Assembly (NCBI GenBank): GCA_020536535.1 | Contig: JAHLWZ010000844.1 | Span: forward strand, 16,251-80,250 | Length of the DNA: 64,000 bases | Reading direction: 5' to 3' | Origin: Pelomyxa schiedti | Lineage: Eukaryota > Protista > Evosea | Part shown: piece by piece, positions 42,074-56,284 of the stretch | How the letters are laid out: each line of letters begins with the position of its first letter | How positions within the stretch are numbered: position 1 is the first letter of the stretch | Translations under genes and position numbers: made by a program | Notes under the pieces: model-generated | Told to the model about the DNA's origin: nothing | What the model saw: the letters and a program-made list of their open reading frames with translations, nothing else | The model's database searches: none

Positions 42074-45000
42074 ATGACGAGCAAAGCGACGGTGGACGCG
42101 ACACCCGCTACTGCCAAGCAGCCGACTACATCTTCGTCGGCCAGTGCGGCAACCGCCGCGTCGCCGGCGGTGGTTTCGCAGGAGATCACTATGAAGCTCG
42201 AGCCCGTGGAGGGCATTGTGGCCACGTTGGGGAGAAGGACCAGATACACCGCAGTCGACGTCACCCAAAATTTAATTGTCATGGTGTGTTTAAAAGTGCC
42301 TCGTCTGGCAGATTCCCTCTTTTCCTCTCTTTTTACTTTCATTTTTTTTTTTTTTTTTTTTAACCGTTGTGTGCCAAAAGGGTGCGAATACGGGAACTAT
42401 CAGTTTCTTTTCTCGTGAGGACTCGTCTTATATTGAATCCGTTACCATTGAGGAGATCCCGGAACGAATAACTCGCATTAAATTCGCTCCGCAATCTGCT
42501 GTTCAGCCAACGCCCACGAGCTCCGTGGCTGCTTCGTCTGGAGTACCTGGCGTGACCACAGTGACACCAGGGGGGCCAAAAGTGCTGCCCCAAAGAGTCG
42601 TCGTGGCAGTTGCTTCTCAGGGCGTCATATTTTTGGTCGAGTGCATGTTCCAATCACTTAGGTGAGCGACTCACTTTGTTGTACTCGTTTGTGTGTAACT
42701 GACGTCACTTTAGGGATAAGTGCGCTCATGTGCTCACAAAAATTACTCTGCACAGAGAAGGAAAACAGCCAAAGTAAATAGATTAGTACCACGGCATTAA
42801 CCACTTACCCCTCCTAGCGCGACTGTGGACCCTGAAATTACTGCACTTGAATGGGACAAACTTGGGGAAAAGCTCTTTTCTGGGGATGACATTGGACAAG
42901 TCATCATGGTGCCTGGTCTGAACTTGTATCACTCAATCTTTCAACGGATACCAAGCTTTAGTTTACATTTCCCCAAGGTCAAAAAGTAGAACTCCCAAAG
43001 TTTTTACTGGGGCCAAAGTTATTTTCCGGGCAACAAGCCGCATTGTTCAGATTTGCATTGATTCCTCAGGCACTCTTGTGCTTGTGTCAGATTTGACAAG
43101 AACTTGCCTGGTGGAGCCTTTTGAAAAAACAGAGAGATCCAGACAAGTGAGATTTCTTTCTATGGTGCAAAGAAAGTGGAGTACTTACTGACTGGCAGAT
43201 TGGAAAATTCCTCCGTGAAGGACCTTATGGAGCCTGCTTCGATCCCTCAAATAGCACACGTGCAATACTGGCAAGGCCAAGCAGAAGGCTCTTTTCTGCT
43301 GCAGTAGAGACCTGCAGTGTTCAAAATACCTTGATTTTCAATACTGTCTCAGCGTCCCCTTTTATGCTTCCTAGTATTTCACAATAATTTGAAAAAACCT
43401 TGCCCTCATCAAGCACTAGAAAGTCCTGATTCAACTGTACCTCAATCATCATACAACTTCTCCCGCCTTATTGCCCTAAAAGACAAATATATCATTTCGT
43501 GGGGTGAGGATGGACTCACTTTCATTCGTCTATCTCCAGCTGCCCCTATTGCCTGGTATCCAGAATTTTCTGGTATGTCAAATGACAATTACCAAGACAT
43601 TTTAAGGTGAACCACCAATCCAACAGATGTTTGTGATATAGCACTCCATGAAAACACAATTTTTTTGATATATGGCTCATCCAAATCTGTGGCAAAACTA
43701 TTGATCATATGTAAAGAAACAGAACAAACGCAACTCAGTTCCTCTACCCCACCCCCAGTCACCACCCCAACCATCACAACCCCAATTGCCATCCAACCCC
43801 CACAAGTAACTCCCCTCGCACCACAGGTAACTTCCCCCACATCACAAATTACTCTACCTGCAAGACCAGCAACCCCACCATTTGTAACTACGAAATTGAC
43901 CCTTCCCCAGCCGCCAGCAGCTTCTCCAGGAGACTCCAGTATAGAACAAACACCACTCCCAAGCTCTGTGCCAAATCCAGTCCCCAGTGACATATCGGTC
44001 ACACATAATACCACACCAACCATTCCTGATGCCCCGAACCAATCTTCGAGTCCCACTCCCATTCCTCCCTCGGATCTTTCTTTCAATCCCAATCGCATGG
44101 AGACACCAAATTCTTCAGCTGGAACCTCTTTTACTCAAATGCCACCTGCCACAGATACTTCCACTCCAACAGACAAGTCCTCTGAAACCAATAATACAAT
44201 TCAAAGTCCTCTTAGTCCTCCCACTGCTACTACCCCAGATACCTCTGACACTCCCACCCAACCATCCCTTGGCACACAAACACCGAGCTCTGACCCTCAA
44301 GCCCAAATTCCCGTTCTACCAGTGCGAATCCCTGACACCCCAGTCCCAATTTCCATTCTAAATATCGATCTACCCACTCCAGTCCCTGAAGCTGTGACCC
44401 TGAGTACTGACAGCCCAACTCCAATACCCGAAACTCCAGCTACAAGTTCAGATACATCATCCCCAATTCCCACCACTGATGGTTCTGTGACTTCTACCGA
44501 TACGGTAGCTGATCCCGCAAATGAGCCAGAAACTGAAACGAGAACAGCCACACAAATTGGAATAACCACAGGGATTGGGAGTGAAACCAGCACCAATACT
44601 GACACCGACACCGACACCAACACCAACACCGACACCGACACCAACACCAACACCGACACCGACACCAACACCAACACCAACACCGACACCGACACTGACA
44701 CTCAACCAGTTTCCGCTTTTACTGACAATTCCAGCACAGGTCCCATTACCACACCCATATCCAACCAACACCACATTGACAACGACAATCTACTTCCAAT
44801 TGAAACGGATATTACACCCTCCAAAATCTTAGGTATTGTTGGTACAACAAGCAACACTTGTCACACAGATGACGAAGCTACAATTCCAACAGATACTCAG
44901 AAATTCCTTGACACTGGAGTTCCAGCTTCTTCCATCCCACCCCCAATTGAGGCATCGACGGATACCCCAAAAATAACTGCCCCTGATATTCTCACCAGCA

Positions 45001-48000
45001 CACCTTCCTTTGAGACCTCTGTAACTGGTGTTACAAGTGACCCCAACACAGACAGACCTGACACTGCCAATGACACTCAAATTAATGTGGGTAGTGCCAC
45101 AGATACAGATGCGACCTCCCCTACTCCCACCCCAATACCAATCGCCGATACCGATATGGGCACTAAAACTGAAGCACCGGCATCCACAAGCAATACCACT
45201 ATTTCCGACTCGGAGACAGCCACTTACGCACTTACTGGCACCACGGAGCACATTGAAAAGCAAGTTTCAAATGAGCATCCACCATCTCCCGTGAAAACAG
45301 AAAAATCTCTAGAACAAGGAAATACCAGTACAGAAAGCACCACGGTTACTGCTGCCGTTCCCGCTGAAGAATCAACTCCAAAGCTCCAATCAACGTTGCA
45401 CTTCAGCCTCCCCCCTGCCCACATTGAGCTACCAACTCCCCCAAGTCAGACGGTAGAATTTCCCGATGTACCGGACACCCCTACAACCAAAAAAATGCCG
45501 GCAGAAATAGATCACCAAACAACGGAGGTACTTACATATTTGCACTCGAATCCCGACATTTCCGGTCAGCATGAACCTCAACAACATGCAGACCCGGTGT
45601 CCTGGGGCACAGCAGAGTTACTAGTCACTCAAGCAGACACTGCAACCACCTTGGTGCCATCTTTACTGGGCCACACTCACCCAAGTGTTTCGACATCCAG
45701 GGAGGAAATAGTAAAGGAAAAACTGGAGGAACAACTTCAAGCACCGGGCACCCTGACGTTGATTTCCGTCACTGAAACATCTTCCTCAGATACCCAAACT
45801 CTGCCTGTGACAAATAATACAACTCCTTCAAGCAACCTAGGGGTGGAAGAAAAACTCCCTCACATTTCATCTGAAGTAGATAGAAAGGTTGTAGACATCC
45901 CCAACTCTTCACCACCCCAGGAGGAAGGTTCTAATGCGGTAGAGGTGGCAACTACCCTTACTCCACCAGATTCATCACCCCAATTAGGCAAGGGGTTGAA
46001 TGCAAAAGAGATACCTCTGGAAACTCTCCTTCCCGAGTCCCCATCTTGTCATCTGCTGGAGAAACAGCCTGAAACTCAGGCAGCGGCCACTACTGCAACA
46101 ATTTCCTCTGATCTTTCAACTCCATCCACCCAACCGTTACAAACAGAAATTTCCTTCGCAACTCCACCAAAAGACACCCCTGTGAGTGACAAGGTACTCC
46201 AACAGTACATGCCCAACATCGCTGAAGACCCAAGTTCAGCTTCCCTAGAGAGTCATTTTACGAACAACACTCCATTGCAACCAACCACAACATCACCAAA
46301 TGTACAAGATGAAACTGAATCGCCCTCCAACACTCGACTGTCACAACAAATATCAAATCCGGTACAAGATACAGCAGAAAAGGAGCTACCTGTGATCAAA
46401 CCCCAGAGTACGGACACAAACGAAAATCTTACTGATTTGAGACCCCATAAAGTAGTGGAAAACCACACTCTGGAGAATCTCCCTGCAACCCCAATCCCTG
46501 AGTCACATATAAAACTTCAAATTCGTTTCGCAGAAAATGAAAACCAGCCAACCCTGGTGCCACACCTGAGTGACCAACACAATTCAAATCACGAACAAAA
46601 AACGGAACAAATTAACACACCCCAAGATACAATTCCTCCGTCTCTGGTAGAACATGAACCACAGCCACCAGTCACAGATTCAAATCTGGACCCACAGGGA
46701 ATTTTCCCACCCAATAACCAAGGAGAGGATCAACCCGTTCAAAGTGAATTGCACTCAGGGACTCAAATGCAACCCGAGAACCCTGCCGAGCTCACTTCAC
46801 CTGAACAGCCACAGGTAGATAGGCCTGTTGTTGTCACACCAACACCGCACCTCGACAAGCTGCCACCTGAACCGAGTGGCAGTACTCTGCCCTGTACAAC
46901 AAAAGAGTTGCACGAAATACCAGTAGAGCTGAATCACGTTACTGGTGAAGATACAAGTTCATTGAACTGTAATGGCATCACCAATCATGACGAAGAGAGA
47001 CCTCTACATGTGACCCCGTCAATACAAGCGAGTGCTCATCCAACACAAGAAACAGACAAGAAAATCGTTCAAAGCAAACTGGCATTGAAAAACAAGAAGA
47101 CAAACGAAAATGAAACTGTGCGAGATGCTTCTTCATCACCGATATTGAAATCAGTGACACATCCTCCTGTAACCATTGATTTACTCCCCACTCCTCCAGT
47201 GGCTGCCGCAAAACCCTTACCAGACAATACCATCAGTCAAAAACTACCACCTGTTACTTCAACAGTTAGTGAACTTGTCATAACCACCCCTGATTGCACA
47301 TCAAGTCAGGCACCTCAGAGTCAGTCCAAAGCCAGTACCACGCCAACAACGTCACACAAGAATACCACTCAGATACCAACAATCCCGACGGTTGGAAAGC
47401 AACAAGGGGTACTCCCAAAAACATCGAGCACCACGAAGCCACACACCTCAGTGGCAGCTCCAACTAAGCCTGCACTCCCCACTCAGCCCACAAGTGCCTC
47501 TTCTGTGCAGGTGAAAACTACCTCAGCTCCACCCGCAAGCAAACAACCTGTGAAGACCCAACCAGTTGCATCCAGCAATGTCCCAACAGTGCAAAATCAA
47601 CCCAAACCAATTGTAAGCCAGCTTCCATCCTCCACAGTGAAGGAGTCACCAACAGTCACTCCTCAAAACAAGCAGCCGCCAGGTAAATCTTCTTCTACAC
47701 CACCTCGCACAGCAAATACAGTACTTTCCGGAACCATGACCAACTCCTCTGTACTCCCAGCTACCTCATCAGTTAAGCCTGCCACCACAAATGCAACCAA
47801 TCCTCCCCCAACCCCTCAGCCCATTGTTTCATCTAGCTCTCTTTCTGCACCTAAACCATCAACTCACCCAACTCAAAACACTGTTCAACCTGCTATGCCT
47901 TCCACACCTCAGCACTCACCATCACCTCTTCAGGCGTTTCCTTCACCTCCTGTGAGCAATGTGGTGCCCACTACCACCCAAGGTACAACCACCCAGGCTA

Positions 48001-51000
48001 CACAGCTGAAGATGGCGAGCACACCCATAAACGAATTTCCCTTTCCTGGTATTTCAATCCCTCCTCTTGCCACACATTAATCTTTTCCAGACAGCAGTTT
48101 AGGTAGCATTGCCCAGTGTTTCCCCTCGCTTCCTTAGTAACTTTTAAATAGACCCAGCTAAACCCAGTCTTACTGACCCACAACCCCCTAACAAGAAAAA
48201 CCCCACAAAAAGTCGCCGTACTACTCGAATAGCATTCATTGCACCACCAAGCAAGGGTCCACAACCAGCCTGTATGCGTTTATTAGACTTTGATCACTTT
48301 ATGTTGACCTCACAGTAGCGAAACCCTTGACTGCCATAATACCGCCACACCCGGAGTCTAAGCAGCAGATCACTCCCGACTCCTCTGTACACAACTCTGT
48401 CTCTCAAACTCCCACATCACCTATTGTAGAAAGAAGCACACCCACACAAGATACAGTATCACTTCCTCCAACCAAGTCACTTGATACAATGCCTGAATTG
48501 AACCCTACTGATCAACCTCTGGATCACACAATGCCAGACCAACAGTCTACTTCCCCAGTGCACACCAAACTGGTTCCAACGCCATATGACCCTTCATCGT
48601 TTTTCTCTGGGGTTGCTTCAATTCGCAAGAAAGTGTCCAATTGGAAAGCTCCGACCTCGGTTGTGGGACCAACCCCGTCAGTCCCACCTCAGACTGTGTC
48701 CCCCCCAATACCTATTTCCCCTTCCCCAGCCGTAGTCTCTCAGCCTACTCCATCCCCACCTACAACTCCTTTTGTAACCCAAGGCCCAGTTTCTCTTCCC
48801 ACACCCATCGGTTCAAGTTTAATCGGTGTGTGCCCTCCACCAGTACTCTCCACCCCGCCAAATCAATTACTCGAACTTTCATTACCAACACCGCCAGCAC
48901 CAAGTCAAATATCAACAACCCCAACACCTCCACAACCTCTCCCACCACAAGCAACGTCACAGGCAACGCATGTTATCCTCTCGAACATTGTGATGCCAGA
49001 GCTTCCAATAGACTTAACTCCCGAGAATCCTCCAGAACCACCACACAAAGAATTTATTCAGTTGACGGAGCGCGTTTCCCAAACTCTTAAAAACACTCTT
49101 GAAACACCATCTCAGAGTGTTCGTACAATGCTACAACAATGGATGTCCCAATACAATCAGAAATGTATGGACAATGCCGGTTCACCACTTCTGCCAACTC
49201 TCAGTGTGCATTTCGAAGTCATACTTACATCCTGTTTTGAAAATGAAATTGCAAGTGACTGGAACTCTGTGTCAGCTTTGGCATTCCTGAAAAATACCCA
49301 CTACACACCCTACCTGAATAGAAAGCGTGTGTTTGCAGCGTGTGAACACCGGAATTTCACTGCATGTGCTCTGGAACTTATAAAACAATCTCCACAAAGG
49401 GGTGAGGAAGAGCAATGTCTACACCTCCTTGACAAGGACGATCTGGATGGTGCCTTTGCTCAGATCTCTGAAAATGTGTTGCTATCATTGCAATTACTTC
49501 CTCGCCTTATTTCAAAAGATCGCAAGGTGAGCAACAGAAAAGTATTGGCCCCCATATTAATAATCATTGAACTAGGCGACTATTCGGTACTGTGTGAAAA
49601 AGTACCCACTCATTAAACCCTGGCATATTCAAGCAGTTTCCCCAAAGGAAATTTATCTTAAGTATTTGAATTCACTGTTCAAATTGCAGCCTCATCTCCA
49701 AGTTTGTTTTGGTTGTGTTATGCCTTGTCTCACTTTCTTCCAGTCCGAGACTAGCCTTTCGTATCACTGGTTCAAATTACTTCTGGAAGATAGCCCTCCT
49801 CCCAGGTTACTACCCTACAGGTTTTTCTCTGGTACAAACCCATTTTTAGAGGAAAGCTTTTTACAGAAGACAATATCCCGTTATGTGGTGCCCACCTTGT
49901 GGAGTGGCGTCGGCAACACAAACTTATACCGCTTTTGAATTACTTCTGCAAAACCCTCGCCCCCCAGCAACTTTCCCACCTTATCAGTACCTGCACGAAA
50001 GTTGGTTTTTGGCGTGGAGTTTACCAGGTGCAACTTGCTGCTGGAAATACACATGATGCCCTATCAACAGCCCTTTTCTGTGATAACGTGGATGGTGTAG
50101 TTCCCTTGGTATCTGGAAATTCTTCACCACAAGATTGGTCTTGTGTCCTTTCTGCTCTATACGCCTTAGAACAGAAGCCGGTACACCGCCAGCACACTCA
50201 CAACCTCACTCTCGCGGCATTGCTTCCACTCATGCTTTCTGCGCTGGGTGCCATCAAGACCATTGACCTCCTGATCGAGTTTGAAGCACACCATACTGTT
50301 CCCCAAACAACATCCCCTCTTATAAAGACTCCGCCAACAGCAGCACATACCGTCGTCCAGCTCTCCGCATCGAATTACTCCGCCATTGTCAACCACGGCT
50401 ATATCTCCGAAGTGGACCAATCCAAAATAAGACGCGAAATCCTCGAATCGCTCAACGCCTACCTTTGGGCCCGCGCCAAGTATGCCATAATCTCCCCGCA
50501 GCTCATCGCAATCCTCGAAGCCGAGAAAAGCACAGACCCCAGCAGCAGCCCCATCACCAACAACGGTACCGGCACCGCAGCATCAGCATCAACATCCGCA
50601 TCCGCTTCACCATCTCCACCATCCGCATCCAGCTCCAGCCCTACGGCAGTGGCCGTTCCCTCGTTCCTCAGGAGGAGCACATCCAGGCAGCAACAGCAGC
50701 AAATGAACCAGCGGCCGGCTTCCGTGTACAGCAGCGGCAGCACCTCGTTCCTGGAGGACATGTGCGTGAGCCACTGGGGAGTAGCCTTCTCGCCGCAGGA
50801 CAAGTGCGCCTACTGCAGCCTCCCACTCTATGAGAACCCCGAGACAAAGTACTCTGTGGACTACCACTACCAGCACCAGCACCACACGCCACTTGTGGGC
50901 CACAGCGTGGCCATGCCCCAGACCGTGGTGTTCCCATGCGGCCATGTGTTCCACCAGTTCTGCTGCGTCGGTTCGACTCCGGGCAATGTGGCTGACTTGT

Positions 51001-51041
51001 CCTGTGTATCCTGCCTGGTTTCAACAATGACCCACTTGTAA
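42074..51041 (+). CDS. HPS5/TECPR2-like protein: N-terminal beta-propeller, very large Thr/Pro-rich insert, alpha-solenoid and C-terminal RING-H2
   Basis: YTAVDV...[63 protein letters not shown] and NFSRLI match the HPS5/TECPR2 propeller pattern. C-terminal CAYC...[13 protein letters not shown]...CVSC. Confidence 0.78.
44592..44702 (+). repeat. Coding hexamer repeat ACC(G/A)AC encoding (TD/TN)n
   Basis: About 18 tandem ACCGAC/ACCAAC units, in frame with the HPS5-like ORF. Confidence 0.9.
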
Positions 51042-51217
51042 CAGTGACCCTCTTTCACCTGTTGTTGTAATTGAAAAAACCCAGTGTTTGTTACCCCCTT
51101 CTCTGGCAACGTAGATAGCCCTGCTTGTTCCTTTTTTCATTTGCGTGAAGCTAACGAGCCAAAAAGTAGCACTAAATAAAACAAGTGACATACTCTATTT
51201 TATTGTTTGTTTTAAGC

Positions 51218-52761
51218 CTAAGAAGAACCCTCGTCCATGGGTTTGGGGGTTTCAGCAGTTGGTGTGGGGGTAGTAGTTTCCGCTGTTTTCGGGTGGGTTT
51301 CCTCCGTCATTTCTGAGGAGGTTTCGGTTGTTGGTGTGGTAGTCGGGGTAGTTGCTGGTGCTGTTTCGGCAGCCGCTGTAGTGGTAGTTGTAGCGGCGGC
51401 AGTTTCTGGGGTTACAGCGGATGGGGGCGGGGGGTGAAGATCAACAACTATGCATGTCATGTTATCACAACCGATTCCATTTGAGGGGTCTGAGGCCAAA
51501 CAGCGCATTAAAACGGCCTCACAAGCGCCATTGAGGGGGAGTGTTGGGTTCTCAGCAACCCACTTGCTTACAAAATCTACAGCGTCTTGATTGGACAACA
51601 CATCCCATACACCGTCACAAGCCAGAATCAGGAAACGGTCCGCTTCTGTGAAACGTTGAGTGTGCGAGTCTGTATGGGTACGAAATACCGACGAGATCTT
51701 GAACAATTACATCAGGAACACAGGTGATAATCTGGTCTTTATCAGGTAGGGTGGTATTCCTCTTATAGTCGTGGTCACCTCCAAGGGTTGGATAAATAAA
51801 AACGGAAACAGTTTAATTACCAATGGCACGTGAAAGATTGAGATTTCCATTGACGCGACCTTGTTGCACAAAGCCACCGGCCTTCTGTATTCTCTCCAAC
51901 TCCAGGGGGTTTAATGGTTTGTGGTCATGTGACATCTCTACTGCTTTTCCGTCTCGGCCAAGTACGCACCTGGAATCCCCTTGTTTGTGTTGGGTGTTGA
52001 TTTGAGGGAGTGGAGAGTATGCGCTGGTTCGTGTTGATATTAAAATATTCTTATCACAAGGCTGGAGGGAAAAATCTACCAGAATTGGCACAATAGATTT
52101 TCCCATCAATTATGAGTGCACATACGGCTGTGCAACCAACGCCCTCCGGGTGAATGTCAGAACCTAAAATTGGTATTGGATGAAAGAAGTGTGATAGAGC
52201 TCCCAGTTGGTAGTACCGTTTATGTCCGAAAGAGCCTAATATGCATTACTATGGGAGAGGGAAAAGGAGGAAATACCTTTAGGCCTTCAGGGGACTTCAA
52301 GTCGTGATCCACCTTGATAAACGCTTCCTCAAGAGCTTGCTCATACTTGTGGGTCTCCCACGAGGGAACAGACATAAGGGCCGTGGGCATGTTTTTGCCG
52401 CAATACTTGGCAACCACAGATCCTGTCATACTTTTATTCACTTTTGTTGGCTCATAAAGAAAAGGAGACTTACCACCATGACCATCAAAAACACCAAAGA
52501 AAGAACTTGTTGGTGTTAAAGAAGCTTCGCAACTGTGTGCATCTAAAAATCAAAAGGGACAAATTGTAGCGTGAGCGAATGCATTATTCATCGGCGCATT
52601 CAGTGTTGCATGTTTCGGGAGCACAAAAAGGGTGGGAAAAAAAAGGCACCTTCCATTCCCGTGCGCCACCCTTGCATCGCCGAACAACCAAAACGCAGTT
52701 TTTCATTTGAACCAGTGATAGAATCCTTCTCGGTAATAGGTGTAGACAACAGTAACCCCAT
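51218..52761 (-). CDS. PP2C/PPM protein phosphatase (Ptc2/PPM1G-like)
   Basis: [22 protein letters not shown]|[40 protein letters not shown]|[19 protein letters not shown]. Confidence 0.95.
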
Positions 52762-53046
52762 TGGTGCGTGTTGATGCCGGAAATGCGAGTGACGCGATGC
52801 TGCTCTTTTGGTTTTTTATTTTGTTTTGCTTTGTTTTTTTTGATTCCGGGAAGTAAAGAAAACAAAAAATTAGTCAATGGACAGGGCAGTTATTTTTGAC
52901 TCCTGGGCTTTTTTTTCGCCATTGGAATTCTAACCGTAAAGATTCCCCTTCCGCGTAAGGGACGCAATTGAATTTTCGTGTTGGTTAAAAAGACACAGGT
53001 TGGTTGTGAGTGTTGATGAAAAGTTGGGTATGCAAAAAAAAAATCA

Positions 53047-53779
53047 TCAGAGTTGTTGTTCCGAGGCTGTACGCAGCAGCACACAAGACTATATACAAAC
53101 AGTCATAAAATGCATAATGAATTATAAATGGTGCGGAATTTACCTTGCGTCCACCTTGCGGTGTGCCTTTGGCAAAAGCAAATTGTGTGCCTCCACTTAC
53201 CCAGCCTGATTGTGCCGGTGTTGTTGGAGGTGGTGTTGCGGGGGGTGGAATTGGAATCGGTGTCTGTGGGAGATGTTAGTTGTTGAGGTGTGAAAGATAT
53301 AGTCGTAGAGGGATCCGCACTGTTCTTTTTACATATGCAAAGTAGTGAGTGAAAGAGCTTTTCCCATCGGGCCATCTTGCCAGAACAGCCGGCAAGAATG
53401 TTGTTGTTAGAATATCTGTATCCGGCGAGCCCTCAGTGTGTTCCATGACGCAAAACATTTCTGGTTGATGGACCCCATTGGTTTCTTTTAGCTTTTCGTC
53501 GATCCTCTGCTTCAAATCAGCCACCGTACTTGTTCCTGACATTCCAAACATTTTGAAACTTCCATCTTCAAATCCGACTCGGCAAAGGACCTGGATAAGA
53601 GGTAATAAATTTGCAACGCGTTACTGTGACGTACCAGCTCAGGTGCTGCTGTTGAAGGTTGGGGCAATCGTATTGTGAGCGGTGGTGCTGAGGTGGCAGG
53701 TGGTAATGTTTGCGTAGCTGGTGTTTGTGGTGGAGGGGGAGTTTGCGGGACTGCTGGTGGAGGTTGTGGTTGTGGCTGA

Positions 53780-53810
<31 letters not shown>

Positions 53811-55991
53811 AGGAGGGCGGTGGTGACGAGGTTGGCGGCGACACAGGTGGGCCGCTTGGTGAAGTTGTGGCAATTGGTGTTGCTTGGGAGGGGGCCTGAA
53901 TTGGGGTGCCTAGCTCACTCGGTTTTGGAGGTGCTTTTGGAAGAACTCTACCTTCTGATGAACCTCCAGGTGGAGGAGGCTTTGGCCTAGACACTGGTGT
54001 AGGTGTTGATGCATCTTGTGGTTGTGAGGGTTGTACTTGCGGTGGCGGCTGTGGCTGTGGATGAGCTGATTGTGTTTGCGAACGAGGTTTTGGAGGTGCT
54101 GGTTTTGTAGAATCTGATGAAGGTGTTGTAGAATTTGCATTCACTGGATTCAATTGTTTACTTGCTTTTAGTAATTGTGATGGGAGAACAAGAGGAGCCC
54201 GAGTTGCTGACGGATCAGGTTCATTTCCATTTACCGGCAATACGGACATAGAAACGGGCCTGCGCACTGAGGGTGGTGGTCTTGGTTGTGAAGACGGGGT
54301 AGTGTTTGCTTCACTCGCCGGAGGGGCAACTATAACCCGTCTTGCGCCTGGAGGTGGGGCAGGTTTAGGGTTGACAGTGTTTGTTGGAGTAGGTGTTGTG
54401 ACTGTGGACTCGGAATCTTTCTCCTTTGTGTTTGCCTGTAAATTTCTTAGGTTAAGAAAGTGGTGGCAAAAAGGAGGGAATGCCTCCATAACAAAGAAGC
54501 GGAAACATTGAACACACATCAGATTCAACACTGGCCAGTGCAGCTCTTTTTCTTAGGGCCTCTTCCATGAGAGCTTTTTGCATCAACCCTCCTGTACCCA
54601 TCACTTTTCTTGGGGCAACCACAGTTGAAGTACCGGGTTCCTCACTTGTAGTAGTGCAGGAGACGTCTGGTGGTGGAGGCTCCTCTGGCGGTGGTGCTGC
54701 TGATGATTTGAAAACAAAGAAATGGGTGTCCCTTCCAGATTGACCAGGCCATGGTTTTACATGCTCATAAGCATTTATCTCTGGCTTAAGAGGTGATTCC
54801 CAAAGACCTGTTGTAGATTGAGAAGATCGAAGGAAGTTGTCATTTCCAAAAATCAATAGAAACCTGCCCCTTCATCGATATGTTCGTAAAGCTGTATAAA
54901 TGAGGGGAAAGTCGTGGAATGGCCGAATTACCTGGTAATCAGGTGTTACTGTATGCCCTGTCTTTATCCATGTATTGCTTGCTTTCTGCTTGACTTCATC
55001 AACTGTGGAACACTCATTCATCAGAAAGGTTTTGAAAGTTGTGTCTTCGAAGCAAACTTTGATAGGATGCTGTGGGAAAAAAACTAAGAAAGAATTTGCC
55101 CTGCTGGGTGCCATACTGTTTTGAGGACTTTGAATAAAAATTTATGGGTTGCCGAGCATGTCCCATCGGGCCATTTCAACATAATATCCAAGGGTTTTGA
55201 GTCTGGTGGCACAAGAGTCTGCCTAATCCCTTTCATATTCTTAAAGAGAGTGGATTAACTTAACACTCACAAGAGTTGTCACTGGTACTCTCAAACGCAA
55301 CCAAAGAGAACTTGGAAAAGTCCGTTTTTTCCGGGTCTTCCTTGGTAATTTTCGCTTCTATCATAGCTCGTAGCTCCGCACCAGTCATAGTTTCTGTTAG
55401 GACAAAGGCTTTGACTCTGTCATCATCAAGGGAAACTTTAGCTAATGTCTTTGTTGGTGAGTTGATGGATAGACAAATTCAATAAGTACTTTACAGTTCG
55501 GGTCCTCTGGTGTGGGAGGGAGAGAGGGGCTGTTAAATTGTGTAACAATATGCATATCCACATACTTTTCTTTTTTGGGGGTGGTAGAGGTTTGGCTGGA
55601 GGAACTGGAGGCTCCCCAGTGGGTGTAGCTGCTACAGCAATTGAACTAGGTTTCTGTGGTGGCGTGGGTAGTACAGTAGCTTTTGCCGGCTTGGCAGGCG
55701 GAATAGGAATGGGTTTCCCACCTACTTCACCTTTTTTTTTTTTTTTTTGTTTGTTTGATTGTTTTGTGGAGTTTTTATTTTAGAAAAGAAAAGAAAAGTT
55801 GTGTATGCACCAAAGAGGAAAATGAACATTGTTGCTTATGGGGAGGACATTTTACCTGTTGCAGTGGCTACAGCAGCGGACTTTGGCGGCGGCGTTGGCA
55901 TTGCCTTGGCCTGTTACCGTCCCACAATACTGTTACGACAAGTGCGAAGAAGGGGGAAAAAAAACGGAACCGGTTTGTTGGTTGCGGCCAT
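53047..55991 (-). CDS. Proline-rich protein with three Ras-association/FERM-N-like ubiquitin-fold repeats
   Basis: Three related units: KVSLDDDRVKAFVLTETMTGAELRAMI...KWPDG...HKFLFK; KVCFEDTTFKTFLMNECSTVDEVKQKA...PWPGQ...HFFVFK; RVGFEDGSFKMFGMSGTSTVADLKQRI...RWPDG...HYFAYV. The 3' end is approximate. Confidence 0.65.
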
Positions 55992-56284
55992 GGTCGTTCA
56001 ACCTTTGGGTTTTTTTTGTTTTTTTTTTACTGTCCCTGGTTGTTTTGATTCCCTCAAAGTCCAAAGCGTCGTTGTGTGATGACCTTTCACGGAACGGTGC
56101 TCAGGGGGTATTTTTAGCAAAATGCGCGGCGCCGTAAAAACGAAATCGGTTTTGTGATACGACATCTTCGAAGACCACATAATCTGACATTTGCTGAACA
56201 AAAAAACATCACCCAGAATTTATAAGGAACGCCGGAACCAGAGCAAAACGGAAAACAAACCCCAAACAAAAGGGATCTTCGAAG

